Virus record (IMG/VR): IMGVR_UViG_3300032261_000008 | Location: 1-51,046 of that record | Reading direction: 5' to 3' (one strand) | DNA: 51,046 nucleotides | From: a virus | Lineage: Duplodnaviria > Caudoviricetes | Shown here: positions 15,612-24,907 of the stretch, in pieces | Position numbering within the stretch: the stretch's first letter is position 1 | Layout of the letters: the number at the start of each line of letters is the position of its first letter | The notes under the pieces: generated by a model | What the model saw: only the letters and a program-made list of their open reading frames with translations | Told to the model about the DNA's origin: nothing | The model's database searches: none | Translations under genes and position numbers: made by a program

Positions 15612-16123
15612 GACGTCGCCCGATCAAAGTCGTATGGACCGGCGCTTCGTTCGTTCCTCAGGGCCGGGAGATGACCTATTGTCAGCATATGTTCAGGGTT
15701 GGCGAGATCTTCACGATCGACCCCGAGCAGGAACGCGACATGAATTCACACCGGCATTATTTCGTCCAGCTGAAGGAAGCGTGGGAGAATTTGCCAGAGG
15801 AATATGGAGAGCAGTACCCGGACGAAGAAATTTTCCGCAAAAAGCTGTTGATCCAGTGCGGCTATTACAATGAGTCGAGCATCGTCTGCGACACCACCAA
15901 TGACGCCTTCATCCTGGCTGCGTTCATGGCGGACGCGGATAGGTCAGCTACGATCAACGTGCACGGCAATGTCATTCAGAAATTTGTGGCGCGATCCCAG
16001 AAAGTGCAGTTAATGGGACGGAAAGAGTTTCAGCAGTCGAAATGGGCGGTGCTCGAATTGGCTGCCTGTATGATCAATGTCACCCCAAAACAGCTGGAAA
16101 AAAATGCCGGGAGGAGCGCCTAA
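15608..16123 (+). CDS. Recombination-module protein (DUF1367/NinB-like)
   Basis: RDMNSHRHYF...AWENLPE...RKKLLI.CGY...RSQ...M...EFQQSK. Confidence 0.6.
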   Translation: MRRRPIKVVWTGASFVPQGREMTYCQHMFRVGEIFTIDPEQERDMNSHRHYFVQLKEAWENLPEEYGEQYPDEEIFRKKLLIQCGYYNESSIVCDTTNDAFILAAFMADADRSATINVHGNVIQKFVARSQKVQLMGRKEFQQSKWAVLELAACMINVTPKQLEKNAGRSA

Positions 16124-16526
16124 AAAAGTACCTGATGAGATCGTGGCCTTTATCAAGGAGATCATCAACATTGACCGGCGCGAGCGACAGATGGCAGGCT
16201 TTATCCAGGGAACCACCCATCTGGTAGACCGGATCGCTGCACACTTTGGCCTCAGCGTTGACTATGTGCAAGACATCAAGAAATTGAAAGAACGCCGGTA
16301 TGTGCGTGCGTCCCTGTTATTAGCAAACGACTGGTATACGGTTCCACTTGAAAAGCTTGAGCGAATACGTCAACGCCGCATACGTAAAGGTTTTATAGAG
16401 GGCCCCTGGAAGCCGGTCTATACGTACGGCCGTCCTGGTACGGGAAGCTTCAAACAACGACTGAGGCGCCGCGCTAAGCGATCTAAAGGGGCATTACGCA
16501 GGCTTCCCCCCAAACAACAGCATTAG
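16077..16526 (+). CDS. Basic hypothetical protein, possible HTH
   Basis: Last ORF of the rightward operon; RIAAHFGLSVDYVQDI is HTH-like. Confidence 0.6.
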   Translation: MSPQNSWKKMPGGAPKKVPDEIVAFIKEIINIDRRERQMAGFIQGTTHLVDRIAAHFGLSVDYVQDIKKLKERRYVRASLLLANDWYTVPLEKLERIRQRRIRKGFIEGPWKPVYTYGRPGTGSFKQRLRRRAKRSKGALRRLPPKQQH

Positions 16527-16819
16527 AACTCTTTCGGGCGACGGTAGATGCAAAACAGGCTCTGCCCCCGGGAACAAACATGGTCCTGGTCATCCTCCGA
16601 CCAATGCAGCCTCGGGTCGGAATAAGACAACATCGGAAACCCGCGGACCCTGACACCATCCTTCAGTTCTTCGACCACCCCATTGGGAACCGGGCGGCAG
16701 TCAGCCCCGCCACAGCATTGCGGTGAATACCAGCTGTGACCTTGCGCAGATGCGCATGCGCATAAAACCATCCCCATTAGAATACCGACCGCGACCTTAA
16801 CCAGTTGGAATATCATCAC
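16523..16819 (-). CDS. Small secreted Cys-rich protein
   Basis: Signal peptide then HSWYSPQCCGGADCRPV...DHVC...LFCIY. Confidence 0.8.
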   Translation of the reverse strand: MMIFQLVKVAVGILMGMVLCACASAQGHSWYSPQCCGGADCRPVPNGVVEELKDGVRVRGFPMLSYSDPRLHWSEDDQDHVCSRGQSLFCIYRRPKEF

Positions 16820-16914
16820 TATCCTTCCGAGGTTCCAAATAGGCCGTTAATTTGGCAAATTAGCCGCCAATTTCTTTTTGTTCCCCCGACGTTCCGCCTC
16901 TGTTCGAACCTCGG

Positions 16915-16967
16915 ACAAAATGCCCCCCCCCTATTTCTGTCCGGGACAGAAACTAAACGGGGGGGCG
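16915..16967 (-). terminator. Long hairpin/terminator downstream of the endolysin
   Basis: G/C-run arms enclosing TTTCTGTCC-G-GGACAGAAA, then ATTTTG on the minus strand. Confidence 0.55.
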
Positions 16968-16968
16968 G

Positions 16969-17982
16969 TCATCCAATGAGCGCGGGTGCCGGGTAGATCA
17001 CCTCGACGGTATCGTCGGTTCCGATCCCTAATGCCACCATCAAGCCCGGGCTTAAGTCTGCCACCCGTCCGGTGTCCTCATGTGGGCCCCAGTCTGCCGG
17101 CCATGCCAGAGCCTGCCGGCCGGTCTTGGGAGAGCGGACAAACGCCCGCAGCGTCGGATCCGCCAGCATGGTCTTGGGTGTAATTTCGTAGTCCCACCGG
17201 CAGGCGATATACGGCTTTGACGGATCGAGGCGCCTGGCAAGCCCAGACGTGCCCGGTGGCTGCTCGTCTAAAAACAGGTGGGGTGCGTCTTCGTATTCGT
17301 AAAAAAATGCAAGCCCTTCGTCCGGGTCCACACCCGTGTCAGCCGGTCCGCCGAACCAGCTGCACTTGCCGACTTCGGTTATGGCCACATTGATCTCTAA
17401 ACGATCTCGTTCCTTCTCTCCCGCTTCCGCCACCGTAAGGTCCTTGCCGGCGAGCACTTCCGCGATCGCGAGGCACAGCTCATCGAAATGCTCGTGGTAG
17501 AGATCAACGTCAGCCTGCGAGTCCACAAAGCAAACCTCGATCAGCACTGCTGGGGCTGCCGTATTGTTAAGAAAAAACAGATCATCAGTATGCTTGCCAC
17601 CGCGGTCTATGAAACCGGCCGTATAGGCCATCGTCGCCGATAGATCGATCGCGAGCGCATCAGCAGTCGTATAGAAGACCTCACAGCCTTTTGGCTCGTC
17701 GGTAGTCTGACCTTCCGGAAGATAGGCATTGAAATGAACGCTTGCGTCGATGTCATGCGGCCCTTGAGCATTATGAAAGTCAACGATGCGGTTCAGATTT
17801 TCCTGTTGATCGTTGCTGACATCATCATGGTATGTCACCACGTCGACGCCCAAACGCCTGAGATATTTTGCGACTTCTTCAACAACACGCCGCGCTTCAT
17901 CAACTTCATCGATGATGCCCTCGGCGCCGCGGATATGCAGTCCATGACCACTGCTCATCACAATCCGTAATTTGGCATCCAT
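16969..17982 (-). CDS. Endolysin: Amidase_3 N-acetylmuramoyl-L-alanine amidase + DPBB/RlpA-like domain
   Basis: SSGHG, E, SVHFNA, VLIEVCFVDS; C-terminal SWFGG...DWGP...GRVADLS. Confidence 0.9.
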   Translation of the reverse strand: MDAKLRIVMSSGHGLHIRGAEGIIDEVDEARRVVEEVAKYLRRLGVDVVTYHDDVSNDQQENLNRIVDFHNAQGPHDIDASVHFNAYLPEGQTTDEPKGCEVFYTTADALAIDLSATMAYTAGFIDRGGKHTDDLFFLNNTAAPAVLIEVCFVDSQADVDLYHEHFDELCLAIAEVLAGKDLTVAEAGEKERDRLEINVAITEVGKCSWFGGPADTGVDPDEGLAFFYEYEDAPHLFLDEQPPGTSGLARRLDPSKPYIACRWDYEITPKTMLADPTLRAFVRSPKTGRQALAWPADWGPHEDTGRVADLSPGLMVALGIGTDDTVEVIYPAPALIG

Positions 17983-18023
17983 GCAAACCTGCCTTTCTCA
18001 TCACGCTTAAGAGGACGGTGGTT

Positions 18024-19280
18024 CTAATTTCTGGGAAAAGGCGCTGTCGGCACCACAAAACCTGCATCACTGGCATAACGGGCAACGCCTTTGGTGATGC
18101 GAACTTCGTCCACATAACCTTGGAATGGATATAGACCGGCGGCATCCATTCCAATTGATATCTTGGCGGTGCAATTAGCGAGATTTCTTACCGTCGTTGT
18201 GCTGCCGATCATGACGCCATCGGAATACATCCGAACCTTTGCTCCATCACAGTCGACAGCAATATGATGCCATGCATTGATGGACGGTGTGCTTGCCGGC
18301 GCCGCTATATCAAAATTATTATCCGTTACAGCAACCGCTGTATTCCATGAAAGCTGATTAACATTAAACCACAGCACCCAGGCATGCTGATTGCCAAGAT
18401 GATCCCATTGCGACAGAATAAACGAATTTGCAGAACCATAAGCGAGAGGATATATCCAAAGCTCGACCGTGAAATTGCTCGTGCTGAAATACCAGTCATT
18501 GCTATCAGGCCACGTTATCGCGCCATTACCGCCATTATAAGCATTGAGCGATGCTGTCCCGAACTTTTTGTTGCCTGTGCTGATTACAGCGGTGCCGACC
18601 ACAGTCGCCGTGCCATGCACGCTCGGACTTTCATCAGTCATTCCAGGCGTGGTGGTTGAGCCGTTCACGTCTTCAAAACCCAACAGCAGAACGACATTGC
18701 TGATATAGGGATCATGCGAGCCAAATACACAAAGCCCGATACTTTCATAAGCGAAACACTGACCGCCCGTACCAACATAGAAATATGAATTTGGAGCATT
18801 TTCCGATGACATCCAAACAGTGGGGACATCGGTAAAAGCAGTGCTCAATTTTCCCGAAACTGTGACATTAAACCCGGTCCCTACTGGGGTTATGGTTGCG
18901 GTGCCTACAGCGCCAGTGCCTAGAGCAGTCGGGCCACTGGCCGTGCCGGCCTGCAAATCAAGCTCGCTATAGAACCCGTAGATCGAACCACCATCTGTTA
19001 TCCACAGTCTGACATAGCGGTTATTAGCGCCAGTACCGCGGGCAATCCAAAGTGAGGCCCGTATGCTTGTATTGGCGGTGACATTGACCCCTGTGTACTT
19101 GGTATTATGATTCCCATTAAGGGTATTATCTGCAAATGTGGAAGCAGTCATTGATCCGCTGGCGCCAATCGCATTATTAGGCGTATCTGTTCCCAAATTT
19201 ACGTTGGGACCCGTAAGCGTCCGGGGAATACAGACGGGCGCGCCAGATGGCCAGAGCAATGGCTGTGACTGTGGTTGCAT
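18024..19280 (-). CDS. LamG/concanavalin-A-like receptor-binding/tail protein
   Basis: NVVLLLGF, NFTVELWIY, WHHIAV, FQGYVDEVRITKGVARY. Confidence 0.88.
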   Translation of the reverse strand: MQPQSQPLLWPSGAPVCIPRTLTGPNVNLGTDTPNNAIGASGSMTASTFADNTLNGNHNTKYTGVNVTANTSIRASLWIARGTGANNRYVRLWITDGGSIYGFYSELDLQAGTASGPTALGTGAVGTATITPVGTGFNVTVSGKLSTAFTDVPTVWMSSENAPNSYFYVGTGGQCFAYESIGLCVFGSHDPYISNVVLLLGFEDVNGSTTTPGMTDESPSVHGTATVVGTAVISTGNKKFGTASLNAYNGGNGAITWPDSNDWYFSTSNFTVELWIYPLAYGSANSFILSQWDHLGNQHAWVLWFNVNQLSWNTAVAVTDNNFDIAAPASTPSINAWHHIAVDCDGAKVRMYSDGVMIGSTTTVRNLANCTAKISIGMDAAGLYPFQGYVDEVRITKGVARYASDAGFVVPTAPFPRN

Positions 19281-19342
19281 TACGTTAGTCCTGTTTCATG
19301 CTTCGTCAAATTCGCGGGCCTTTCGCCATTCAATGTTTATGG

Positions 19343-20185
19343 TCATGAAAGATTTGTACCAGATATGATCCAGGCCGTCGTATCGGTCTTCAGCGCCGTG
19401 CAACAGCCATATTGCGCCAATGTGCGCGAGCCCGTGGTGCCCGCACCCGCGAGATACATGGTGTCACTGGCAATGGCGATCGTCAGAGCATTGGCGCTCA
19501 GGTTCACGAACGATATGACCGTGCCAAGCGTATAGGCCACACTAGCATTAGCTGCGATGGTGAATGTCCTGGCATTGGCGTCACTAGCCGGATGATAAAT
19601 GAACTTGCCGGCGTCGCTCAGCACAGTCGTATAATTGGCGCTATTGGAATTCTCAGGAATAATGCCGGGCGTCCCAATAGCTGTGGTGACAAACGCCGTC
19701 GTCGCGATCTGCGTCGTGCTGGTCCCGACCGTTGCTGTTGGCGCAGTAGGCACACCGGTTAGCGCCGGAGAAGCCAAAGTCGCATAACTCTGATTGACAG
19801 CCGCGGTCACCAACCCCTTGCCGTTGACGGTGATGCCTTGAAACGTGCCGATATTGGAATTGACCGTTGCGAGGGTCGTGGTGATTGTAGCCGCGCCAGC
19901 GCCAGTGACATCGCCAGATAGCGTTATTGATGTCCCAGTCGCAGCCAGCACATTCGCCCAAGTCGCATTGATCCTGCCATAGATCGTCCCATCAGACGGC
20001 GCATCGGCAAGACCACCACCGCCACCGCCCCCCGACGCCGCCGCCAATTGATCGATGGCATCCTGCACATTCGTCGCAGTGAGCGTACCGCCACCGGACA
20101 ATGGCACGCCTTGATCCGCACGAACATTCCGAGCTGGACCATCGGTTGATCGCAATGACTGCTCGCTATCGATCACCGGCATCAC
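19343..20185 (-). CDS. Tail fibre protein
   Basis: LTATNVQDAIDQL, DAPSDGTIYGR, SPALTGVPTAPT fibre motifs. Confidence 0.85.
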   Translation of the reverse strand: MMPVIDSEQSLRSTDGPARNVRADQGVPLSGGGTLTATNVQDAIDQLAAASGGGGGGGLADAPSDGTIYGRINATWANVLAATGTSITLSGDVTGAGAATITTTLATVNSNIGTFQGITVNGKGLVTAAVNQSYATLASPALTGVPTAPTATVGTSTTQIATTAFVTTAIGTPGIIPENSNSANYTTVLSDAGKFIYHPASDANARTFTIAANASVAYTLGTVISFVNLSANALTIAIASDTMYLAGAGTTGSRTLAQYGCCTALKTDTTAWIISGTNLS

Positions 20186-21285
20186 AACACCCTGATGATG
20201 TAGTTCACGCCAACCGTCGGCTGCACGATCGGATGAAAAGTACTGCTGCCGGCATCGTATGTATTGCTGTTTCCATTTGCGCCGCCATTGACTAGAACAC
20301 CGGTCGTGCTGCTGCCCGTGGTTCCGCCAGTCGGTGAATTGTTGATCGTATAGTAACCAGTGACATCGGTCGTAGCGATCCCAACTGCCGGAAAATAGTT
20401 ATAGGTATGAGTATGACCAGGATCGTATATGTCGGCCCTATGGTGATGTGCCGCCAGTTCTGCCACAGTCAGCTGATGGCTTTCGCTGCCGTTTGCGCAA
20501 CTGGCACCGACCACTGTCATCGCCGTTCCGCATCCAGTCGAAGCAGACGTCAGCCTGCCAGCTGCAGAGCTACCCGGCATGGTGTCGAGCCCGGCAATAA
20601 CGCGCCCGCGAAGATCGATCACCTGAAATAGACCGGCCGAACAGATACCCGGTGCCGGGCTGCCGATCAGGGCCCAATAGGTCGCGTAAGTCGTAGTCGA
20701 GATGCACTGACCATTGGCGAAAACATAGCCAGCTGGCGCCACCGTGCCTGTATACGCAATGACGCTACCGAGCGGCGTACCGCCACCGCCGCCGCTGCGC
20801 ACGATCCACGAACTGCTTGCCGCCTGATATAACATGATCGTCGGCACGCCAGCCGATACAGTAGCTGGGCTGCCGGGCGATGAGACAATCGCCTTCGCCG
20901 CTCCTCCATCAGCCGCAAGCGTCGGGCTTCCAGAGCTATTGACGTTGAACGTGACGCCAATAACCATCCCGTCATTCGGTGGATCTGGAAAACCTTGATT
21001 GGTCGTAACGGCAAAAGCGGTCGGGCCGCCAGTCGTCTTTAATGCGCCAGAGGTATCGGCCGCCTGTTCGGCTAGCCGCGCCATCATCGCGCGGGCGCTG
21101 TCGTTCACGACCGATGGCGGCATTCCTTCTATGAACGATATCGATGGATCAGAATTCCCGTTCTGGGAGGCTGTCATACTCCATTGCCAGAAAGCTGCGC
21201 GCGCCTGCTCGATCCCATATTGCATGCTCAGCGAGACCGCAGCGATCAAACTGATAAGACCGAGAGCCTTAAGCATCCGCTTCAT
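20182..21285 (-). CDS. Tail fibre with tail-collar domain and an N-terminal signal-peptide-like segment
   Basis: PLGSVIAYTG..AP.GY..ANGQ, DLRGRVIAGLD, QPTVGVNYII; EGMPPSVVNDSARAMMA attachment region. Confidence 0.88.
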   Translation of the reverse strand: MKRMLKALGLISLIAAVSLSMQYGIEQARAAFWQWSMTASQNGNSDPSISFIEGMPPSVVNDSARAMMARLAEQAADTSGALKTTGGPTAFAVTTNQGFPDPPNDGMVIGVTFNVNSSGSPTLAADGGAAKAIVSSPGSPATVSAGVPTIMLYQAASSSWIVRSGGGGGTPLGSVIAYTGTVAPAGYVFANGQCISTTTYATYWALIGSPAPGICSAGLFQVIDLRGRVIAGLDTMPGSSAAGRLTSASTGCGTAMTVVGASCANGSESHQLTVAELAAHHHRADIYDPGHTHTYNYFPAVGIATTDVTGYYTINNSPTGGTTGSSTTGVLVNGGANGNSNTYDAGSSTFHPIVQPTVGVNYIIRVL

Positions 21286-22109
21286 GTCGCTTGCTCCGGT
21301 GGTGATGGCGGCGTGAGACCGAGGGTGCGGTTCATCATCGCCTGTGACAACATCCGAGCCCGCATCATCGCAGGCGTCATCATTGGCTGTATGGGCGCCA
21401 TCGGTGGCAATGAGGGTGGGGCATTGGCCTGTTCCTGCTGAGCGATCCTGTCTTGTATGTCTTTCATCTGGCCCGCAACATCAGGTCCCTGTGGCTGCTG
21501 TGTACCATCCTCGGTCTGATCGGTCGACTCTGCTTCTGCGACGGCCCCCGGCTGTCCCGGCTGTGCTGTGGCATAGCCTCCTGATGGCGACATGCCACGC
21601 GTGCCAGCAACAGACTGGAACGGCGCCATAGCCTGACCGCCCATTCGCGCCACCTTGTCTTCCATATTCCGTCGCCAACCCTCCTCAAACGACTGCGGCG
21701 TCTGCAACGAAGCTTTCATATTCTTCTCAAACGGGTTGCCGGCAATATTCGACATCTGCCCCTTAGTATAAAACCCTGCGCCCTGCTGATGCATCATGTA
21801 GGTCTCGATCGGCGTCGGATCGCGACCGAAATGAGCCCTGAACTCGGCGGCATTGGCTTGCGCATAGCGCGCGGCCGCCATCGCATTGTCCATCGGGTTG
21901 TAGATGTCGCCTTGGCCATGATCATGCCATACACCGTGGCCAAGCTGGTACAGGCCTTTGAATTGCGTGGCATTGCGCATGTTACTAAACGGGTTTACGC
22001 CGCTCTCGATCTGGGCAACAGCGCGCCAATGTGCCGGATCCATCCCAGCTATGGCAGCCGTCCTGTTGATCGCGTCATCCACACTCGAATAACCCTGAGC
22101 ATCATCCAT
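21282..22109 (-). CDS. Virion lytic transglycosylase-like (SLT/lysozyme fold) ejection protein
   Basis: AVAQIESG...KGLYQL...NPMDNAMAAARY. Confidence 0.8.
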   Translation of the reverse strand: MDDAQGYSSVDDAINRTAAIAGMDPAHWRAVAQIESGVNPFSNMRNATQFKGLYQLGHGVWHDHGQGDIYNPMDNAMAAARYAQANAAEFRAHFGRDPTPIETYMMHQQGAGFYTKGQMSNIAGNPFEKNMKASLQTPQSFEEGWRRNMEDKVARMGGQAMAPFQSVAGTRGMSPSGGYATAQPGQPGAVAEAESTDQTEDGTQQPQGPDVAGQMKDIQDRIAQQEQANAPPSLPPMAPIQPMMTPAMMRARMLSQAMMNRTLGLTPPSPPEQAT

Positions 22110-22281
22110 GATCGTCCGCCTCGTCTTTATCGTCTATCTGCTCGTCATTATCGGCGTCATTCATTTGTGGCATCGCTTCACGGTGTGGTTTGTTAGAGAA
22201 GAAGGCATTGTGCCCGGTCTCTTTCTCTGTGCTGCGCTCCTTCTGATCGCATGCCTGCCTTATTGGAATGCGAACGACTGA
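22108..22281 (+). CDS. Small two-TM membrane protein, antisense within the late operon (57 aa; not in ORF track)
   Basis: MIVRLVFIVYLLVIIGVIHLW...GLFLCAALLLIACLPYW; fills the gap between two minus-strand genes. Confidence 0.7.
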   Translation: MIVRLVFIVYLLVIIGVIHLWHRFTVWFVREEGIVPGLFLCAALLLIACLPYWNAND

Positions 22282-22285
22282 TACC

Positions 22286-24907
22286 CTACTGGGATGACTG
22301 ATCATCCTGCCGCGTCAATTGCGGGAACGTCATCGCACCTATCTTGCCAGGATAATATGCGCCCTGCCGTGGAAAAGGTGCACGCTGGCCCAAGAACAAG
22401 TCCTTTGCACGCCGCGTTTGCCGCCACGTCGCGAGCTTATCAATAGCCTCCGAAGCCGCATGGCCCGCGCTATAGTGAGCCCCGATGCCGATCAAGCCAT
22501 GCCCGAGCCCCAAACCAGTGATCGCCATCTTGATCAAATTCTTCGTCATGCCTCTCGCAGTTTCCATGTTCTCATAACCCGAACGCGAATAGTTCACGGT
22601 GCCTTTCACAGGAACTATCCGTCGATGCGCCTCACCGATCGACTTAAGCACCAGCTTCTCATTGGGTGTCAGCATCTTGTCGGCAAGATCAGTGTCGAGA
22701 AAATTACCGATATTGTTAGCGATCTTCTGATGACCCCATTTGGTAGTACCCTCGACTTCTTTAGTAACCTCCAATAGCTTGGCGAGCTTGAGCCTCGCCC
22801 ATGTGTCGGCATTGCCGCTGTTGACCAATGCATCCCGCAACGCTTCTGCGACTTTCCCGCCACCCGCTTTATCCAGCGTCGCCAGCAGCTGCTCGCCCGT
22901 CATGCGCACGCCACCAATCCGACCCGTCAGCTTGCCAATGATATGCTCAGGCGTATCCTTGACCGGATCGATGTCCGCAACCCTGCGCAGGTCGCTGGCA
23001 TGCTGCCGCAGCCGCGTCTGCTGGCCCTGATCGTACACCGCATCCGCCAACTGCCGGTGAGACAGCATCTTCTCGATCCGCTGCGCCTGCTGCACAAACG
23101 GCACCGGCTTGCCACCGGCCGGCGTTTCAGTCAGATGCTTGATCATGCCACTTTTGATCTCCCCCCATTCCGGACTGTTGGCGCCGAACACCCGATCACG
23201 CAAGTGGTTCAGGATCGGCACCGCATTGCTGGCGAACGGGTTGTCAGGCGTGCCAAACAATGTGCTGACGATCTTTTCCGGCTGCATTTCCTGACCAGGG
23301 TATTTGCCGATCACATTTTCCATAAACTTGCCGACAACATCGCCCGTTCCCTTTCGCGAGAATGTCTCGCGTTCTTGTGCATGAGCCGCCCGCGCCGCTT
23401 GCAGGGACGATAGGATGTCATCTGCATTGCCTGTAAGCAGACCACCGTCAGTCGTTGTCCTTTCCAACCAATTCTGAAATTCGTCTGTAATGCGACCAAC
23501 CGCGCGCGCATCCGTGTAAACGCCGCTCGATCGTGCCTCCGCATTAGCCAACCGCCGATAGATCACTAGTTCCTTGAGGATATTGTTCATATCGTCTGGT
23601 GTGATCGCCCGCGGTGGAGGCTGCCCTGGAGCCCGAGCCTCGTTCGTAAAGCGAAGACGTCCAACCTCGTCATCGATCATCTTCAAAGCAGCAGAGCCAT
23701 ACTTTGTCGTAAGGGGATCAAGCCTAACCCGGTCTGCACCAGGAGCCGTATCCAATGCCGTACGAAGTTCATTGCCGACACTGACCAACCTGCTTGGATC
23801 ATAGCTGCCTGGCTGCCTACGGAAGTAGTCATAGGCGCGGTTGGTGGCATCCCGCGCAGTCCTGAACAGTCCGCGAATGCCTCCGCTAACCGTATCGCCG
23901 ACGTCCCGAGCCGCCGTCGCCGCAGGCGCTGCACCACCGACCGCCGCCGCAGGCGCTGCACCGCCAACATCTCGGATCAGCTGCTCGGTCTGCTGCTGAG
24001 CCGCGCCGGCGCGCGCAGCCTCGGCTGCTGCCCGCTGGTCCTCCATCTGCCCGATGTCGAAAGCCGCCCTGTTGCCAGCCTGCAGCGGCGTCATGCCGGC
24101 CGATCGCCCCGAGGGATCGATATAGTCGTGAAGGGTCTGATGCGCGGCCTTCATGGCCGCGTCGGTCTGCGCTTCAGCATCCGTCGCGGTCGGCACCTGC
24201 GTGCCGATCATCCTCTGCTCTTCGGCGCTGGTCGCCGGGTTTTGCGTAACCACTGACTCACGAACCGGTATGTTCTGTATCTCTCCAGTCGGCGTTGTGA
24301 CCGGGATCGTGTTGGGGGCGCGCGGCCGCGGCACCCACATTCTTCGCGCGGCATCCCAGATATGCCCGGCTGCCTTGCCGATCAGCACGCCGCCTACCCC
24401 GCCACCTAAGCCCCTGAGCGCCCCTTCCTTGGGGTCCTCACCGCGCAGATAGGCGTCAACAGCGCCTATGGCAGCATTAGAAGCCCCACCCATAATTGAC
24501 GCGGGGACAACATCGCCAGTCATCCCGAGCAGCCTGGCAGGCCCTGCAAACTCGCCAGCAAACATGTACGGGAGCGAACCGATAGCAGCGCCTTCCACCT
24601 TGCTCCTGATGGGATGCGCCTGCCGGTAAGCATCAATGCCAGCCCGTATCTGCGCCAGGTTCTGAGCCTGCGTGCCACCCTTAGCTTTGGTTCGAAGCCA
24701 CGCTGCAGCTGGAGCGGCATAGGCGCCGATCCCCGGCAGATCTTCTGCCGCGGAGATCGCCGAATAGTTGCTTCCATCGCCCTGATCTGGAGCCGGAGCC
24801 TGCGTGCCGGCATAGTGTTGAGACATCGCCGAACTAATAGTGTCCTGCGGCGTGTCATCCGGAAAATTGAACTTCGACTGATCTGGCCCAATGATAGTGA
24901 TGGTCAT
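22286..24907 (-). CDS. Large DNA-ejection/internal virion protein
   Basis: MTITIIGPD...FPDDTP N-terminus, Ala/Gly-rich helical sequence, position. Confidence 0.8.
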   Translation of the reverse strand: MTITIIGPDQSKFNFPDDTPQDTISSAMSQHYAGTQAPAPDQGDGSNYSAISAAEDLPGIGAYAAPAAAWLRTKAKGGTQAQNLAQIRAGIDAYRQAHPIRSKVEGAAIGSLPYMFAGEFAGPARLLGMTGDVVPASIMGGASNAAIGAVDAYLRGEDPKEGALRGLGGGVGGVLIGKAAGHIWDAARRMWVPRPRAPNTIPVTTPTGEIQNIPVRESVVTQNPATSAEEQRMIGTQVPTATDAEAQTDAAMKAAHQTLHDYIDPSGRSAGMTPLQAGNRAAFDIGQMEDQRAAAEAARAGAAQQQTEQLIRDVGGAAPAAAVGGAAPAATAARDVGDTVSGGIRGLFRTARDATNRAYDYFRRQPGSYDPSRLVSVGNELRTALDTAPGADRVRLDPLTTKYGSAALKMIDDEVGRLRFTNEARAPGQPPPRAITPDDMNNILKELVIYRRLANAEARSSGVYTDARAVGRITDEFQNWLERTTTDGGLLTGNADDILSSLQAARAAHAQERETFSRKGTGDVVGKFMENVIGKYPGQEMQPEKIVSTLFGTPDNPFASNAVPILNHLRDRVFGANSPEWGEIKSGMIKHLTETPAGGKPVPFVQQAQRIEKMLSHRQLADAVYDQGQQTRLRQHASDLRRVADIDPVKDTPEHIIGKLTGRIGGVRMTGEQLLATLDKAGGGKVAEALRDALVNSGNADTWARLKLAKLLEVTKEVEGTTKWGHQKIANNIGNFLDTDLADKMLTPNEKLVLKSIGEAHRRIVPVKGTVNYSRSGYENMETARGMTKNLIKMAITGLGLGHGLIGIGAHYSAGHAASEAIDKLATWRQTRRAKDLFLGQRAPFPRQGAYYPGKIGAMTFPQLTRQDDQSSQ

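Noticed and set aside
18998-19006. Fifth perfect DnaA box TTATCCACA
   Set aside because: Inside the LamG gene (LWIT codons) with no promoter module nearby; likely chance
22102-22305. Minus-strand 67-aa ORF from the track
   Set aside because: The plus-strand two-TM ORF 22108..22281 is more protein-like; the minus frame is not fully excluded
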